Assembly (NCBI GenBank): GCA_000004985.1
Contig: GG738873.1
Direction: 5' to 3' (one strand)
Source: Naegleria gruberi
Taxonomy: Eukaryota
Length of the DNA stretch: 64,000 nt
Shown here: in pieces, positions 1 to 10,833 of the stretch
Layout of the letters: each line of letters begins with the position of its first letter
Position numbering within the stretch: the first letter of the stretch is position 1
Program-made: the position numbers and the translations under genes
The notes under the pieces: generated by a model
The model's database searches: none
The model's input: only the letters and a program-made list of their open reading frames with translations
Told to the model about the DNA's origin: nothing

Positions 1-285
1 TTTTCAAACAAATGACAGGTGATTGTTTTTAAACAGAAATGTTTACTCTTCGTCTTTCTTGAATATTTAATTGTTAAATATTTAAATAGTATTTAACTGT
101 AATAATACTGTAAAGAAGGCTTTCAAAAAAATGAGAAAAATTTAGAAAAAAAGAAGGGAAACGTTTTCTCTCCAACACTCTTGCTCAAGTATTAAGGTGT
201 AACGGAATTTATTTTCTCTGTAGTAGTAATAATTAATACTAGTAATTGTATATTAAAAAAGTTGATGATTAAGGAGGAATAGAAA

Positions 286-903
286 ATGGTTGAAGCTACA
301 TGTTTTGGATTATTGGCCAGCAATCCGAGGGTTTGTTCAGGTAATGGAAATTGTACATATTTAAACTTTTGTGATTGTCAAGACGGTTGGGATGGTAATC
401 AGTGTCAAGCCTTAACAGCAATTGATATTAGAGAAGTAATGTTTGGATTTTCAATTACTGGTCCAATATTAGCTGTTATTATTTCAATCTTACTGTGCAT
501 TCCCTTCATTATTTATATTAGGAGAAGGAAGAAGCAAGAGGAAGCAAGGAAATCAGCATCAGCTGCTGCTGGTAGTAATGTAGATACAAATTCCTCTTCC
601 GATAGAGTGATAAGGTTTAGTGGACGAGGAAAGAGTAATAGTAATGCAGGTGATGATATTCAACGATCGCCCACCCATGCCTATCTTAAACCTCATCCTT
701 TCACATTGGGTCGATCACACAGTGAGAGAACTGACCGATCTGATGATATACTTATTGGCAAATCAAAAAGTCCTCCTCCTTCAAGCATATCATCATTGGG
801 AAAGACAAGGAGAGAATTGAGTGGAAGCTTTTCTGAGCCTAAAACACCAAAGAGTCCAAAAGATACTTCCAACATACTGAACGATGAAATGAATCAAGTT
901 TAA
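286..903 (+). CDS. Single-pass membrane protein with one EGF-like module (204 aa); the 5' end may be incomplete
   Basis: ORF track 286..903 with ATG at 286. Cys pattern CSGNGNCTYLNFCDCQDGWDGNQC is EGF-like. A hydrophobic TM segment ITGPILAVIISILLCIPFIIYI is followed by stop-transfer RRRKK and a Ser/Pro-rich tail. There is no N-terminal signal peptide. An in-frame TAG that also reads as an AG acceptor lies just upstream, so an upstream signal-peptide exon beyond the window start cannot be excluded. Confidence 0.5.
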   Translation: MVEATCFGLLASNPRVCSGNGNCTYLNFCDCQDGWDGNQCQALTAIDIREVMFGFSITGPILAVIISILLCIPFIIYIRRRKKQEEARKSASAAAGSNVDTNSSSDRVIRFSGRGKSNSNAGDDIQRSPTHAYLKPHPFTLGRSHSERTDRSDDILIGKSKSPPPSSISSLGKTRRELSGSFSEPKTPKSPKDTSNILNDEMNQV

Positions 904-3800
904 TAAAGAGAGCTATCCTTCTTCTTTCTGTAGTGAGCATCATAGGCACAAACATAAAAGTTATCAAAGACAGGGAAAAGAGATCCCAATAATTGACGAT
1001 GAGGTTGTTCAGTGATCCATTCAATGGTTGGTGAAATGGTATGATTAGAAGTTAGAATATCTTTCGAGTCAATTATGCTTTCCACATCGTTAAGTGCACA
1101 TACAAAGTGGCACTTGTGTTTTTGAATAAAGTTTTTGTAGGAGATCATCATGTATGGGAACGGGTATGACATGATTTTGTGACAGAAAAAGTCTCCATAA
1201 TCTGAATGCTTTCCTTCTTGTTCTTCTTCAGAATCAGTGGATTCGCTTGAGATGGAAATATTGTCGTTTCGTTTTGCTGTAAATGGATTAATAACAGAAG
1301 TATCTGCCTGGTAGTAGAGTAATAAGGCTAATCCATTCAAGTCACTTTGTTTCCAATAGTAAGAGTGACTTAACAAGCCAGGTTTCTTTACAAGTTCTGG
1401 TTTATATCCTGGAACCATAACTCTAAATCCTCTATAAGCATATTTTCGCAGTCTTAATTCATAAGTAAGTGATTGTCTTTCAATATCTACAAGATTGTAA
1501 CGACGAGTAAATGCTCTTCTAAATCTTGGTAAACACCACACTTTGTTTCCATCATATCCAACGCACTGTTATTTCAAAAATTCCACAATACAGTCCAAAG
1601 TAGAATTAGTCTCGTTGTGATTGAACTCATATATTACTTACACAAGAATCAATATCAAAACCAATCAAGACCTCTGCACAACTCTTATATAATCTGGTAA
1701 CAACTTGAATAGCAGGTATGCCAGGGGCACAGAATGTTACGGTATATTTTGTTCTGACAACAATAAAATTATCCTTTTTCACCTTCTTGACCAACGAATA
1801 AATATGTCTAATCTTATCTTCTGCTTCAGATTTAGTAAGGCCGTACAAAAAAATGTCAATATCCTGAGACGACTGAAGCATAGTTGCTGCTATCTTCTTA
1901 TTGTACATACTCGCATGGGCTTTACAACAAGTTTGAATGGCTCCTCCTAATATTTAAATGAGCAAATTAATAATACAATTAGTCACTTACCTGCAATGAA
2001 AACTCCATTCCAATCCAACTCTTCGAAAATGTTTGCAGTGAAAGACTTGAAGTTGAAATCAAATTCTTCCTTTCCTGTGGCAATGATTGGTATTTCCTTG
2101 CCATGTAGTTCAGAATTATTTTCAAAATCGAACAACATGTTTGTTAGTGTTGGTTGTTCCACAGGATAAAAATCTGTGACATTATCGAACACCGAGATTA
2201 AGTTCACGAAAGGGTCATCAATCAAAGGATTTTGTCTGTCATAACTGAACAATTTTCTAAGAATTGATTCAGTTTCTCTAATTTCTCTATCTTCCTCGCT
2301 TAAATCTTCAACAGGATATCTGAAAATATCTATCTTTACAGTGAGAGCATCAATACCAAAAAATTTAGACTCCTCAATGAGTTTAATTTGTTTTTGGTTA
2401 GCCAAACCAGTTGGAATAGTTTCATTCTTGATAAACTTGTAAATATAAGAAAACATAGAAGGATCCCTATCCAAAAAGATAGACTTCTTATCCTGACTCT
2501 TATTCATTAACTTGTAAAGTAAGCTAGATTCGTACTTGAGCAATTCAGTTGATTTGAAAGCAAAATCTTCACCACCAATATTAAAAACAATATCAAATTC
2601 TTCAACTGAGGTGGATTTCGCATCCTCATTCTTGAATGATGCTTTCATTTCTACCAATTTCGAAATTAAATCCTGTTCTTTCTTCAATCTTAACTTTTCA
2701 ACTAGCAATTTAGACTTTTTTTCTTCCATTGACCTCAATTGTTTAATGAGTTCTCTAATTTTTTCATCAGCTTGAGAAATGGCTTTTTCATTGGCCTTGA
2801 CTTTTTTATAATATTCTTCTTTTTCTTGTTCAATGTGTCTGTACTTTTCAGAGAGAACCTCTAATCCTAATGGATTTTCGAAATTTTCAACCTTCTTCTC
2901 AATCAAGGTCAACAAATCTTTCACACAAAAGTAATTACAAATTTCATGAAATTCCAAATAGTTTGCCAAATTGAATCCTTCTGTAATAAACTTGAACTTT
3001 TTCCTCATGGTGCTAGTAATTTCGTCTGAAAGTTCTTTATCACTTGGTGTAATCTCCTCGTCATCACCTCTGAAAAATATGAGAATGTGTTTAAAGTAGT
3101 CTGAGTGAGGAACTGAACGGAAAACAACTCTTCCTGCAGAATCTGTTTCAATATCAAATCCTCCACTTTCCTTGTTTTCAATCATTACCTTGATCAATGA
3201 ATCATACTTCATCATTGTCTTTCTAGTGGTTTTATAAATCTTGCCGTCAATGTTCAATTCAAGAAATGTTGTATTATCAGTTTCTTCGAGATTAAACTTG
3301 ATAATTTCTTCTACCAATTCATCGGATTGTTTTTCCTTCCTCTCATACTTTAACAATTCAATTTTAGCCTTTTCTAATAATTCCCTGTCAACTTGATGAA
3401 CATTATTGACAATAGATGAAGATGCTTCTGTTTCCTCCTTGTTATTACTTTCTTCACGTTGTTTGGCCCAGTAGGCTTGCATTGATCGCTTCACATAATT
3501 TCTAACAAGTGCAGATCCTTGTGTTGGCCGTTTAGCATCCTCCAATATAGTGAAAATAGGATGTTGAAAGAGTAAATCATCCTTAGAGAAGGCTGAAGCA
3601 CCAGCCCAACCAAAAGGCTTTGTATTTAAAGTGGTACTATTATTATGAGGATGATAGGTTCCACAACTTGAACAATAATAATAATCACTATTGTTACGAC
3701 GATAATCATCATCGTAATCATCGGAATCATCGTCTTCTTCAGAGGGATGGAAGGATCTATCACTTTCCCATTCATCAGAATCTTCGCCGGATGAGTACAT
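900..3800 (-). CDS. Double BTB/POZ (KCTD/T1-type) domain protein with a conserved C-terminal domain of unknown function; 3 exons, about 926 aa
   Basis: Exons on the minus strand are 3800..1991, 1946..1642 and 1565..900. The introns are 1990..1947 (44 nt, GTAAGT..TTAG) and 1641..1566 (76 nt, GTAAGT..ACAG). The reading frame is restored exactly across both introns, joining ORFs 1983..3800, 1627..1908 and 900..1541. An in-frame TAA lies just upstream of the ATG at 3800. Two T1/BTB-like segments are present: NIDGKIYKTTRKTMMKYDSLIKV..GRVVFRSVPHSDYFKHILIFFR and FNIGGEDFAFKSTELLKYESSLLYKL..IFLDRDPSMFSYIYKFIK. The N-terminus is acidic. Confidence 0.7.
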
Positions 3801-3871
3801 TTTTACTGCAGAACGTTGTTGGTATTTTTTTTACTTCTTTCAGAATGAAGAACAAATGGTGTGTTTAATTT

Positions 3872-6256
3872 CTAGGCTAAAATTAATGTCGATAAGAATA
3901 AGATTTTTAGAGTTTTAAATTCACATATTTTAGATTGTCCAGAATTCTGGCTTGATTGTGTGTTAACAGAGTAAACTTCATAATCATCCACAGTAAAAGT
4001 TATAGAGCCAGCTAAATACAATGCACACGACTCACCAAGGACACATTCATAATCTGATCCAAAAACTGTAACACTATCTTTTTCAGTTTGGCCACGAATC
4101 ATCAAATCGGGAATTTTACCAAATTGTGGACCATTATTCTTATAATTTTCAATGGCAGACTTTGGGTTCAAAACTCTATGCAGTGACCACTTTCTTCTCC
4201 ACTTGCAGATTTAATACTGAATAACATTGCCTTTTCGTCGAAAACACGAACTCTGGTAACAGTGCTCTTCCAAGATACCTCCGAATAGCCACCAAAGATA
4301 TCTTTTCCAGACTTGGTAATCCTCAATGTTAGCCCTTTATTATCACATGCTCTGTGAAATTGTTCTAAATTGGAGCCATTCAATGAGGCTAACTATGGTA
4401 ATTTTTGCTCAATCATATAATCTCTTCCCAATGTTCAAAATCAAATCATCACTGAATTCAATAATTTATTTTCCCGGGGATATTTACAAAACAAATGTTG
4501 GTTCAAGTTTTAGATCAATGTGGTAATCTTCCAGGCAGAAAGATTTCATACGTTCTCTCAATTCCTCATCTCTTAGATTCAATAAGGTTGACAAATGGTT
4601 GTGTAATAATTTTGAAACAAGATCTTTGCTATCCTTTTCCACATAATCACCAATAATATTCAATGATTTTCTCAACATTTCTCTATTAATTGAACTAGAC
4701 AAGAGCATCTCAAATGCTTCTTCGAAATTAACATACTTCTGTGAGTCTTCCTTTTGTTGCAATTCATAGAGCCATTCATCGTCATTAACTTTGTCCTCTC
4801 CTATAAGTTCAATGATTTTCTGGGTGGTCTTTCCATCCAAATCAAAAGCAATATCTTCTCCCAAAACTGAATTCCTCTTTGAAAAGTGAACAGGTCTTGA
4901 AATAAAATCAGAAAGGAGAGCATTTGTCATGGATTCATCAGTTAGAATTTTTGTTCTAAGAGTCGCATTCAAAGAAGCCAGTTTCAATGCATTGCTAGAG
5001 CATTCACCAATCAAGGAAAAATACTTGACCTGACTAGTTCCAATATTTCCTACAAGACATTCAGAACGAGATACTCCAATTCCATAATCTAGTTCTGGTA
5101 ACTTGACTTGATCTTTAAGTTGTGAATTGACTGCTTCCATTTGTTTCTTCAGATGAACAGCACACATCAATGCTCCCTTCTCAAAACTTCTTCCATTCTC
5201 AAAACTGACCATAATTATCTTTGGAGTCACTATGGTAGCTCTTCCCCTAAATTGTTTGCTAACACTCTGAACTTTCTGATATAGCATTGTGAAAACACCC
5301 AACAAATCAGTTGAAATTGGATAGCTTCTTCCATCGAAATTTCTAAATTGAATTACCAACACTGTTGCCACATATGATGAAAGCCCCAATTCCAAGCTAA
5401 CTTTCTGTTGATGATTGCTTGTCATTGATGTGGTAGCCTGTGAAACCTTGCTCTTATGAGAATGGCCCCCAACAGAACTCATTTCAACAAAACTTGATAC
5501 TAAACTCGTTTTGGAAACTTGTTTTCTTTGAGTAACGAGTTTTCTCATCTCTATGAGTTGTTTCTCACGATGTTCCTCGGCCAGTCTATCTTGTTCTTTT
5601 TCCAAATCGTCGTCTTCCATTGAAAAGAGGCTTTCTGGAATAAAGGGTCTTATTTCCTTCATGACTTTGTTAAATTCCCAAAAGAGGCTAAAGAAGGGAA
5701 TGAATTCGGCTATCAAAGTTGGCATTTTCTCAATATCTTCAAATTTCATCTTCTTCATTTTGAAGAGTTGCAAAGTAATTCTTTGAAGTGGTCGTTTCAA
5801 AGTAAAATAATGTATAATTGGAATGGTAAGTAATGTCAAGATACTCATCACTACAAAGGTCAACCATGAAATGATGGAAATTATAGAAATATCAATTGAA
5901 ACTCCTTGATTAATAACTACAACCGAAGAGATCCATATTATCAAGCAAGTAATAAATAAGAGAGATAACGAGAGAGCAATCACAAGCATCCTAATTGACA
6001 TGAAACAGTCCACCACAGTTGACCTTCCGGTACTCAACGGATTATCAAACACATCACCTCGTTTTTCATCTACTTGAATGGAATCATTTGTGCTGGCACT
6101 GGGCACTATCATAATCTTGCTATTGTTTGTTTTTACATTGATTTTATCACTTCTCATTGATGCTTGCCTTGTCGAATTCAAAACAGCAATTTCTTGAGCA
6201 GAAGTTGACCCAACACTTTCAATTTCCAATCTTGATGGGAAAATACGGGTTGGCAT
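3872..6256 (-). CDS. Membrane protein with a degenerate class-III nucleotidyl-cyclase homology domain fused to a C-terminal TLDc domain; 2 exons; an apparent frameshift sits in the TLDc part (possible pseudogene or assembly indel)
   Basis: Exon 6256..4493 (ORF 4484..6256) is joined to 4392..3872 by a 100-nt intron at 4492..4393. The donor is TTT|GTTTTG (canonical GT, weak extended consensus) and the acceptor is CCATAG. The TLDc alignment runs continuously across this junction: ..DYHIDLKLEPTF|LASLNGSNLEQFHRACDNKGLTLRITKSGKDIFGGYSEVSW. Two or more TM helices occur at residues of about 90-150. Cyclase-like motifs are VLVIQFRNFDG, GRATIVTPKIIMVSFENG and DYGIGVSRSECLVGNIGTSQVKYFSLIGECSSNALKLASL, but the metal-binding Asp residues are not conserved. 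ORFs 4168..4383 and 3872..4171 overlap by 4 nt in different frames inside the TLDc domain (..LFSIKSASGEESGHC / ..NPKSAIENYKNNGPQFG). No intron of 34 nt or longer fits, so this is a frameshift. Confidence 0.55.
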
Positions 6257-6775
6257 CGTTCAATTTATTGAATATCCTCAATGGCTGATGGGATGTTGTT
6301 TGGGTTTTTTTATGAAAAAGCTTTGTTAGTGGGTGGGTTACTTTGTTTCTTCACTTCAATAGACATCAGATTGAGGCGCCACTCATAACAAACTAATATA
6401 GATATGTTAGTGCTAAATACATTTTGAGATTTTGTTTCGTATTAAATATTGCCCCTCACCTCAGAACATTTCATGCATTTGTCGGTGACAGACACATTTC
6501 GGATTTATCGCTGGACGCTTAAATGCAATTCTGAATTCAACCAGGTTTTAGTTACTAGTAAACGTATTTTTCTAAACCTATTTTAGAACAACCAGGTTCA
6601 AGCTTATTTGAACAAAAAACTTATTTAATAATACTCCAATCATTTCATTAATAATATTATTCCAGGCTAAAAAGGGTTCATGGCGCTCCTTTTTGCTTAG
6701 TAAAAAGGTCGCTCCTTTTGAATTGGTGAAGAAATAATATGTGGCAACCTACTCAATGAAACACATTAAGAAAAA

Positions 6776-8404
6776 ATGAATTTGTCATCAAACACCTTAA
6801 TATTATCAATCCAACTATGCTTTTTATTATGTTTCATTGGTGTTGTGATGGTGAACGGTTTAGAGTGGAATGGTCAAATTAAAATTGAAAATAGTGTTAC
6901 CATTCCGGTTGGTGAAAATTTGGTGATTAAGGAAGGTGCTGTGGTGAGCTTTGCTCCAACTACCTCAGCAAGTGGACAAATTTTGATAAGAGTGGAAGGT
7001 AGATTGAATATTGAATCGGGAGTTGAACTAAAAAGTGATGATATTTTGAATAATCAGAATGGTACAAATGACCAGTGGGGTTTCTTATTCCCTATTGGAA
7101 CCCAACAAGGTTCTTTAACATTAACAAATTCAAAGATTAGGAAGAGCTCTCCACTCTCCTCTGGAGTGGCAACTTTTTCATTTGAAGGAGGAGATAATTC
7201 AACAGGAATTGTTTTGGATAATTGTGAAGTGGATGGTGGTTTTATTGGCATTCATGTTTCGAGTAATATTGTCATTTCAATCAAATCAAGCTCTTTCTCT
7301 AACATGATATCAGCAGTTCAAACTGACAAGACATCCTTCCCTAAAATGACATTTTTTGATTCCAAATTCACTGGAATGGGTATTGCCATTGATGATAGAG
7401 GTATTTCATCAAACGGTGATTTGGTTTATAGAACCATCTCACTGACAGATTGTAAATTTAAGAGTGTCAGTCGTGCCATTAGTGCAAGCTGTAAGGTGGT
7501 TGTGTCTAGCAATGTATTTCAAGCATTTAGAGGAGCTATCACTGCACCATTTGTTCATTGTACCAATTCCATATTTGATAATAGACAATATATAGTATCT
7601 GCACTCGGTCTATATATTTCAAATATTCCTCAAGGTTATAAGGGAGAAGTTTTCATTAAGGATTCAACATTCTCTGAAATTACAGGCTCAGTCTTTGGAT
7701 CTCAAGGAGATGTTGTCGATTTCACATTTGTGAATAACATTGTGAGAAATTGTGCCACCTCTGCTGGTTTGAAAACTCGTCACTCCTTAATTGAAATGGC
7801 TGCAATTACTGGATCTGTCTCTATTACCAAGAATGACTTTGTTGGAAATCAAATTGTTGCTGGTTCAAGTGCCATACTCTCTCTGCATCAACTCCAATCA
7901 TTGGCTTATATTACCCACAATAATTTCCATGATAATAATATTAATACTTGTACTGTCAAAATGTCAAATGTACCAGATGCTTTGGGAGTATTGACCTTCT
8001 CACAAAATACATTTACCAATTACTTTGGAAGCAAATCTGAGATTGCAACAGAGTTTTGCTATGAAGGACCTTTAGGCAAAAAGATAAATATTGCCTACAA
8101 TTATTGGGGAACTGACCCAACCAGTATGGATGCAACTCAAATGTACGATATGATCATTTCAAAGTTGAAGCCACTCGATGCTCTTGAATTCACTCCATAT
8201 TATTTGACTTCCAATGTGGATGACCAAAGTTCAACCAATCTTGGTGGTCTCCACAAGCCAATCAAACCAAACTCTAGTATTATTGCAACAGTTATTGGAG
8301 GATTATTCGGAGGAATTACACTAGTTCTTTTCATCTCTATGATTATTGCTGTCACTGTAATTCTCATCCGAAGAAGAAGGAAAGGATATGAAAGTTTGAT
8401 ATAA
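6776..8404 (+). CDS. Type-I membrane protein with right-handed parallel beta-helix (PbH1/pectin-lyase-like) repeats, 542 aa
   Basis: Uninterrupted ORF from ATG 6776. The N-terminal signal peptide is LILSIQLCFLLCFIGVVMVNG. Periodic repeats of about 22-25 aa are typical of beta-helix coils, for example NCEVDGGFIGIHVSSNIVISIKSSSFSNM, with recurring N..F....AI patterns. The C-terminal TM IIATVIGGLFGGITLVLFISMIIAVTVILI is followed by RRRRKG. Many NxS/T sequons are present. Confidence 0.6.
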   Translation: MNLSSNTLILSIQLCFLLCFIGVVMVNGLEWNGQIKIENSVTIPVGENLVIKEGAVVSFAPTTSASGQILIRVEGRLNIESGVELKSDDILNNQNGTNDQWGFLFPIGTQQGSLTLTNSKIRKSSPLSSGVATFSFEGGDNSTGIVLDNCEVDGGFIGIHVSSNIVISIKSSSFSNMISAVQTDKTSFPKMTFFDSKFTGMGIAIDDRGISSNGDLVYRTISLTDCKFKSVSRAISASCKVVVSSNVFQAFRGAITAPFVHCTNSIFDNRQYIVSALGLYISNIPQGYKGEVFIKDSTFSEITGSVFGSQGDVVDFTFVNNIVRNCATSAGLKTRHSLIEMAAITGSVSITKNDFVGNQIVAGSSAILSLHQLQSLAYITHNNFHDNNINTCTVKMSNVPDALGVLTFSQNTFTNYFGSKSEIATEFCYEGPLGKKINIAYNYWGTDPTSMDATQMYDMIISKLKPLDALEFTPYYLTSNVDDQSSTNLGGLHKPIKPNSSIIATVIGGLFGGITLVLFISMIIAVTVILIRRRRKGYESLI

Positions 8405-8577
8405 TTGTTTGGAATTAAATTATTATTGTTACATTGCAATGTAACTTCTTTTAATTGTGCCTCAAGGGCAACAAGTTTATCCAACACTTGGAGTTATTCT
8501 TGCAACATAAAATTCATCCAACTCTTGTCCTCCTTTTAAATCCAATCTAAATTTCATCTTATATTCCTAGTAGACAT

Positions 8578-8823
8578 CTATCCATTGTGATGATCCTGAT
8601 ATTTTGGAGGGTTTAACAAGAATAATGTTGATTGTTTTCTCAATTCGGAACAATTCTTCAAACACTCTGCATATTCTCTACTCAAGTCTTTTGGCAACAT
8701 TGTTGCTCCTCCAACATCAATAGATCCACCACTCGAAAAACACTGACGAAAACAATACGACAAATCAGAGAGTAGAATTAAATGTTCTCCTTGTTGATTA
8801 TTACTATCACCACTCTTGCTCAT
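8578..8823 (-). CDS. Small 81-aa protein with twin CX3C motifs (CFRQC..25 aa..CLKNC); function unknown and possibly not a real gene
   Basis: ORF from ATG 8823 with an in-frame TAA upstream. Cys spacing is reminiscent of small Tim / CHCH-type proteins, but the 25-aa spacer is atypical. No other support. Confidence 0.3.
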   Translation of the reverse strand: MSKSGDSNNQQGEHLILLSDLSYCFRQCFSSGGSIDVGGATMLPKDLSREYAECLKNCSELRKQSTLFLLNPPKYQDHHNG

Positions 8824-9294
8824 CTTATTGAATGATGGGAAAAATATTTTTTACGGTTTGAATCTAAAAATCAATGATTACGTTATTCTTCGGCAACTAA
8901 CTCTTTAATAAGGTTAACATTTTCCAAATGTTTATTACTAGGGTGAGGCTTGATGGCTAAAGGACATTTAAAAGTGTTGGATTCATGTCAAGTAAATTGC
9001 CAGGCAAAGAACGAGTTGAAAAAAGAATCAAACTCTCCTCTTGGTGCTTGTTGTTTAATTATTAGCTTCCTATTGTTTTTCTATTATTTCCTTTTGTTGA
9101 ATTTAATTTTCATTTCTTGTGTAGTAATAGAATTTTAGTATTATTTAATTCATCATTGAGTCAGTTTGATATTCTTTTAAAGTGCTATTTCTCCACTCTA
9201 AATTAACTTGATACATTCATAATTACATACAACACCACCCGGGTCTGCACATTCATAATTGTAAATAATAATAACAACAACAGAATAACAACAG

Positions 9295-10833
9295 ATGAAG
9301 CCTCTCTCGGATCAAGACTTGCTTCTCTACTTTACTAAATTCAAAAAAGAAATTAAACCAAGGGATCATACCTATCTATTCACAAGTTATGCTAATTGCT
9401 TCTCAGGGAAGGAGGCTGTTAAAACATTGACTTCTCTCTTTAATAATCTTTCAATGGAGGATGCTATTCAATTAGGAAATCAAATGATTGAGAGGAAATT
9501 GTTTATTCACGTAACACACGAATCTTCACAATTACTCAACAAACGATACGAGTTTTACAGATTTACCAACTTTAGGAGATGTTCAAAGAGATTGAGTATT
9601 ATGAACGTTACACAATTCACATCGAGTCTTGATGCTTCCTATCAGAAAGTTATTCAAGATGAATATAATAACAAGGGACGAGTTGGAGACATTAGAATAT
9701 TATTGGATGATGTTTACTTGTCGAGTCAAAACAATAATCAAACTGCCACCGGTGGTGCCATCAGTACTGCGAATGCAGTCACTTCGAATAGTGCAGTCCT
9801 ATCTCGTTCAAGCTCATTCTTTTCCTCAGCTTGCGTTCAATCCTTTTTAAATGATGATATTGCATTGGTCAACAACCAAACCAATGAGACGGATACTTCA
9901 TCACCAGACCAACAGCAAAATGCCAGTTCAATATCCTTATTTGGAAAGAAAATATCTGTACCTCTAAAGATTAGAAAGAATTCACAACCTTCCCACCAAA
10001 ATTCTCCACCAATGAGTGGTTCCTTTGATAATCCAAACCTTTTGAAAAAATCTCCAAGAGGAAACAATAGCCCATTCACTGGATTCAGTTCTGAGCTGTC
10101 TCCACACCACAAATCATCTAGTGCTGAGGATTTATACGGAAGAAAAGTGAGACTAAATGAGTATGTTGATGTTAACTCCCTTGGAGTTGGGTCACCACTC
10201 AAATCTATAGCAACATCTTCTGCTGATGATTCGAGTCCTCTTCAAGACACTCCCTCTCCTCAAAATGAGAGTAGCGTTGTTTCCTCCTCTCCTAGACGTC
10301 ATGGTATGATAGCCCGAACAACTTCACAAGATTTTGAATTGAAACGTAACTTGGAAGATATGGATTTGGATTTTGACAAGTTTGCAAATATTGATGAGGT
10401 TTTAAAGCATCCAAAAGCTTGTGCCATTCTCACCAAATTTGCATTTGATGAATATGCAGAGGAATCAATTTACTTTTGGAAAGATTTGAAAGCCTACAAG
10501 AAGGAATCGAGAATTGATTGTAAATTAGATATGGCTATCAAAATTTTCGATACCTATGTGAATCCAGATGGTAGCTTGGCTCTTAATATTACAAAAAAAC
10601 AAATAGTTGAGTGTAGGAGAAAGTATCTCAATGCTGATGATGATTGTTTCGATGATATTCAAAAGGAAGTCAAGATTATTTTGAATGATCTCCTTGACCG
10701 TCTTCGTTTGGGTATTCAACAACAAAAAACCAATCAAATTAACATGCTAAACAGCAAGAGCTCTCTTATTCCCTCATCAACTTCCAATTTGAAAATGTCT
10801 AGATCTGATGAAAGTATAGCCTTTGTCCAATAA
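9295..10833 (+). CDS. DEP domain + RGS domain protein (RGS7/EGL-10/Sst2-like architecture), 512 aa
   Basis: Uninterrupted ORF from ATG 9295. The N-terminal DEP-like segment is YLFTSYANCFSGKEAVKTLTSLF..AIQLGNQMIERKLFIHVTHESSQLLNKRYEFYRF. The C-terminal RGS-like segment is FDKFANIDEVLKHPKACAILTKFAFDEYAEESIYFWKDLKAYKK..AIKIFDTYV..ALNI. A Ser/Asn/Gln-rich low-complexity linker lies between them. Confidence 0.75.
   Translation: MKPLSDQDLLLYFTKFKKEIKPRDHTYLFTSYANCFSGKEAVKTLTSLFNNLSMEDAIQLGNQMIERKLFIHVTHESSQLLNKRYEFYRFTNFRRCSKRLSIMNVTQFTSSLDASYQKVIQDEYNNKGRVGDIRILLDDVYLSSQNNNQTATGGAISTANAVTSNSAVLSRSSSFFSSACVQSFLNDDIALVNNQTNETDTSSPDQQQNASSISLFGKKISVPLKIRKNSQPSHQNSPPMSGSFDNPNLLKKSPRGNNSPFTGFSSELSPHHKSSSAEDLYGRKVRLNEYVDVNSLGVGSPLKSIATSSADDSSPLQDTPSPQNESSVVSSSPRRHGMIARTTSQDFELKRNLEDMDLDFDKFANIDEVLKHPKACAILTKFAFDEYAEESIYFWKDLKAYKKESRIDCKLDMAIKIFDTYVNPDGSLALNITKKQIVECRRKYLNADDDCFDDIQKEVKIILNDLLDRLRLGIQQQKTNQINMLNSKSSLIPSSTSNLKMSRSDESIAFVQ

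Noticed and set aside
270-285. Shine-Dalgarno-like AAGGAGG seven nt upstream of the ATG at 286
   Set aside because: The window is clearly eukaryotic (spliceosomal GT-AG introns, signal-peptide exons), so this is a chance purine run and not a ribosome-binding site.
4384-4483. Possibility that the TLDc exons form an independent gene starting at an ATG inside 4384-4483
   Set aside because: The only ATGs there run into in-frame stops before the acceptor. The TLDc alignment instead continues across the 4493/4392 junction from the upstream ORF, so a fusion gene is the better model.
6650-6720. Short hairpin/direct repeat gcgctcctttt(t)..aaaaaggtcgctcctttt upstream of the beta-helix gene, and direct repeat aaccaggtt x2 at about 6540-6600
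   Set aside because: It is too short (7-11 bp) to distinguish from chance in AT-rich intergenic DNA. It is noted only as a possible promoter-proximal element.
8950-9138. 62-aa plus-strand ORF upstream of the DEP-RGS gene
   Set aside because: It is hydrophobic and low-complexity, lies in an AT-rich intergenic region and has no supporting features.
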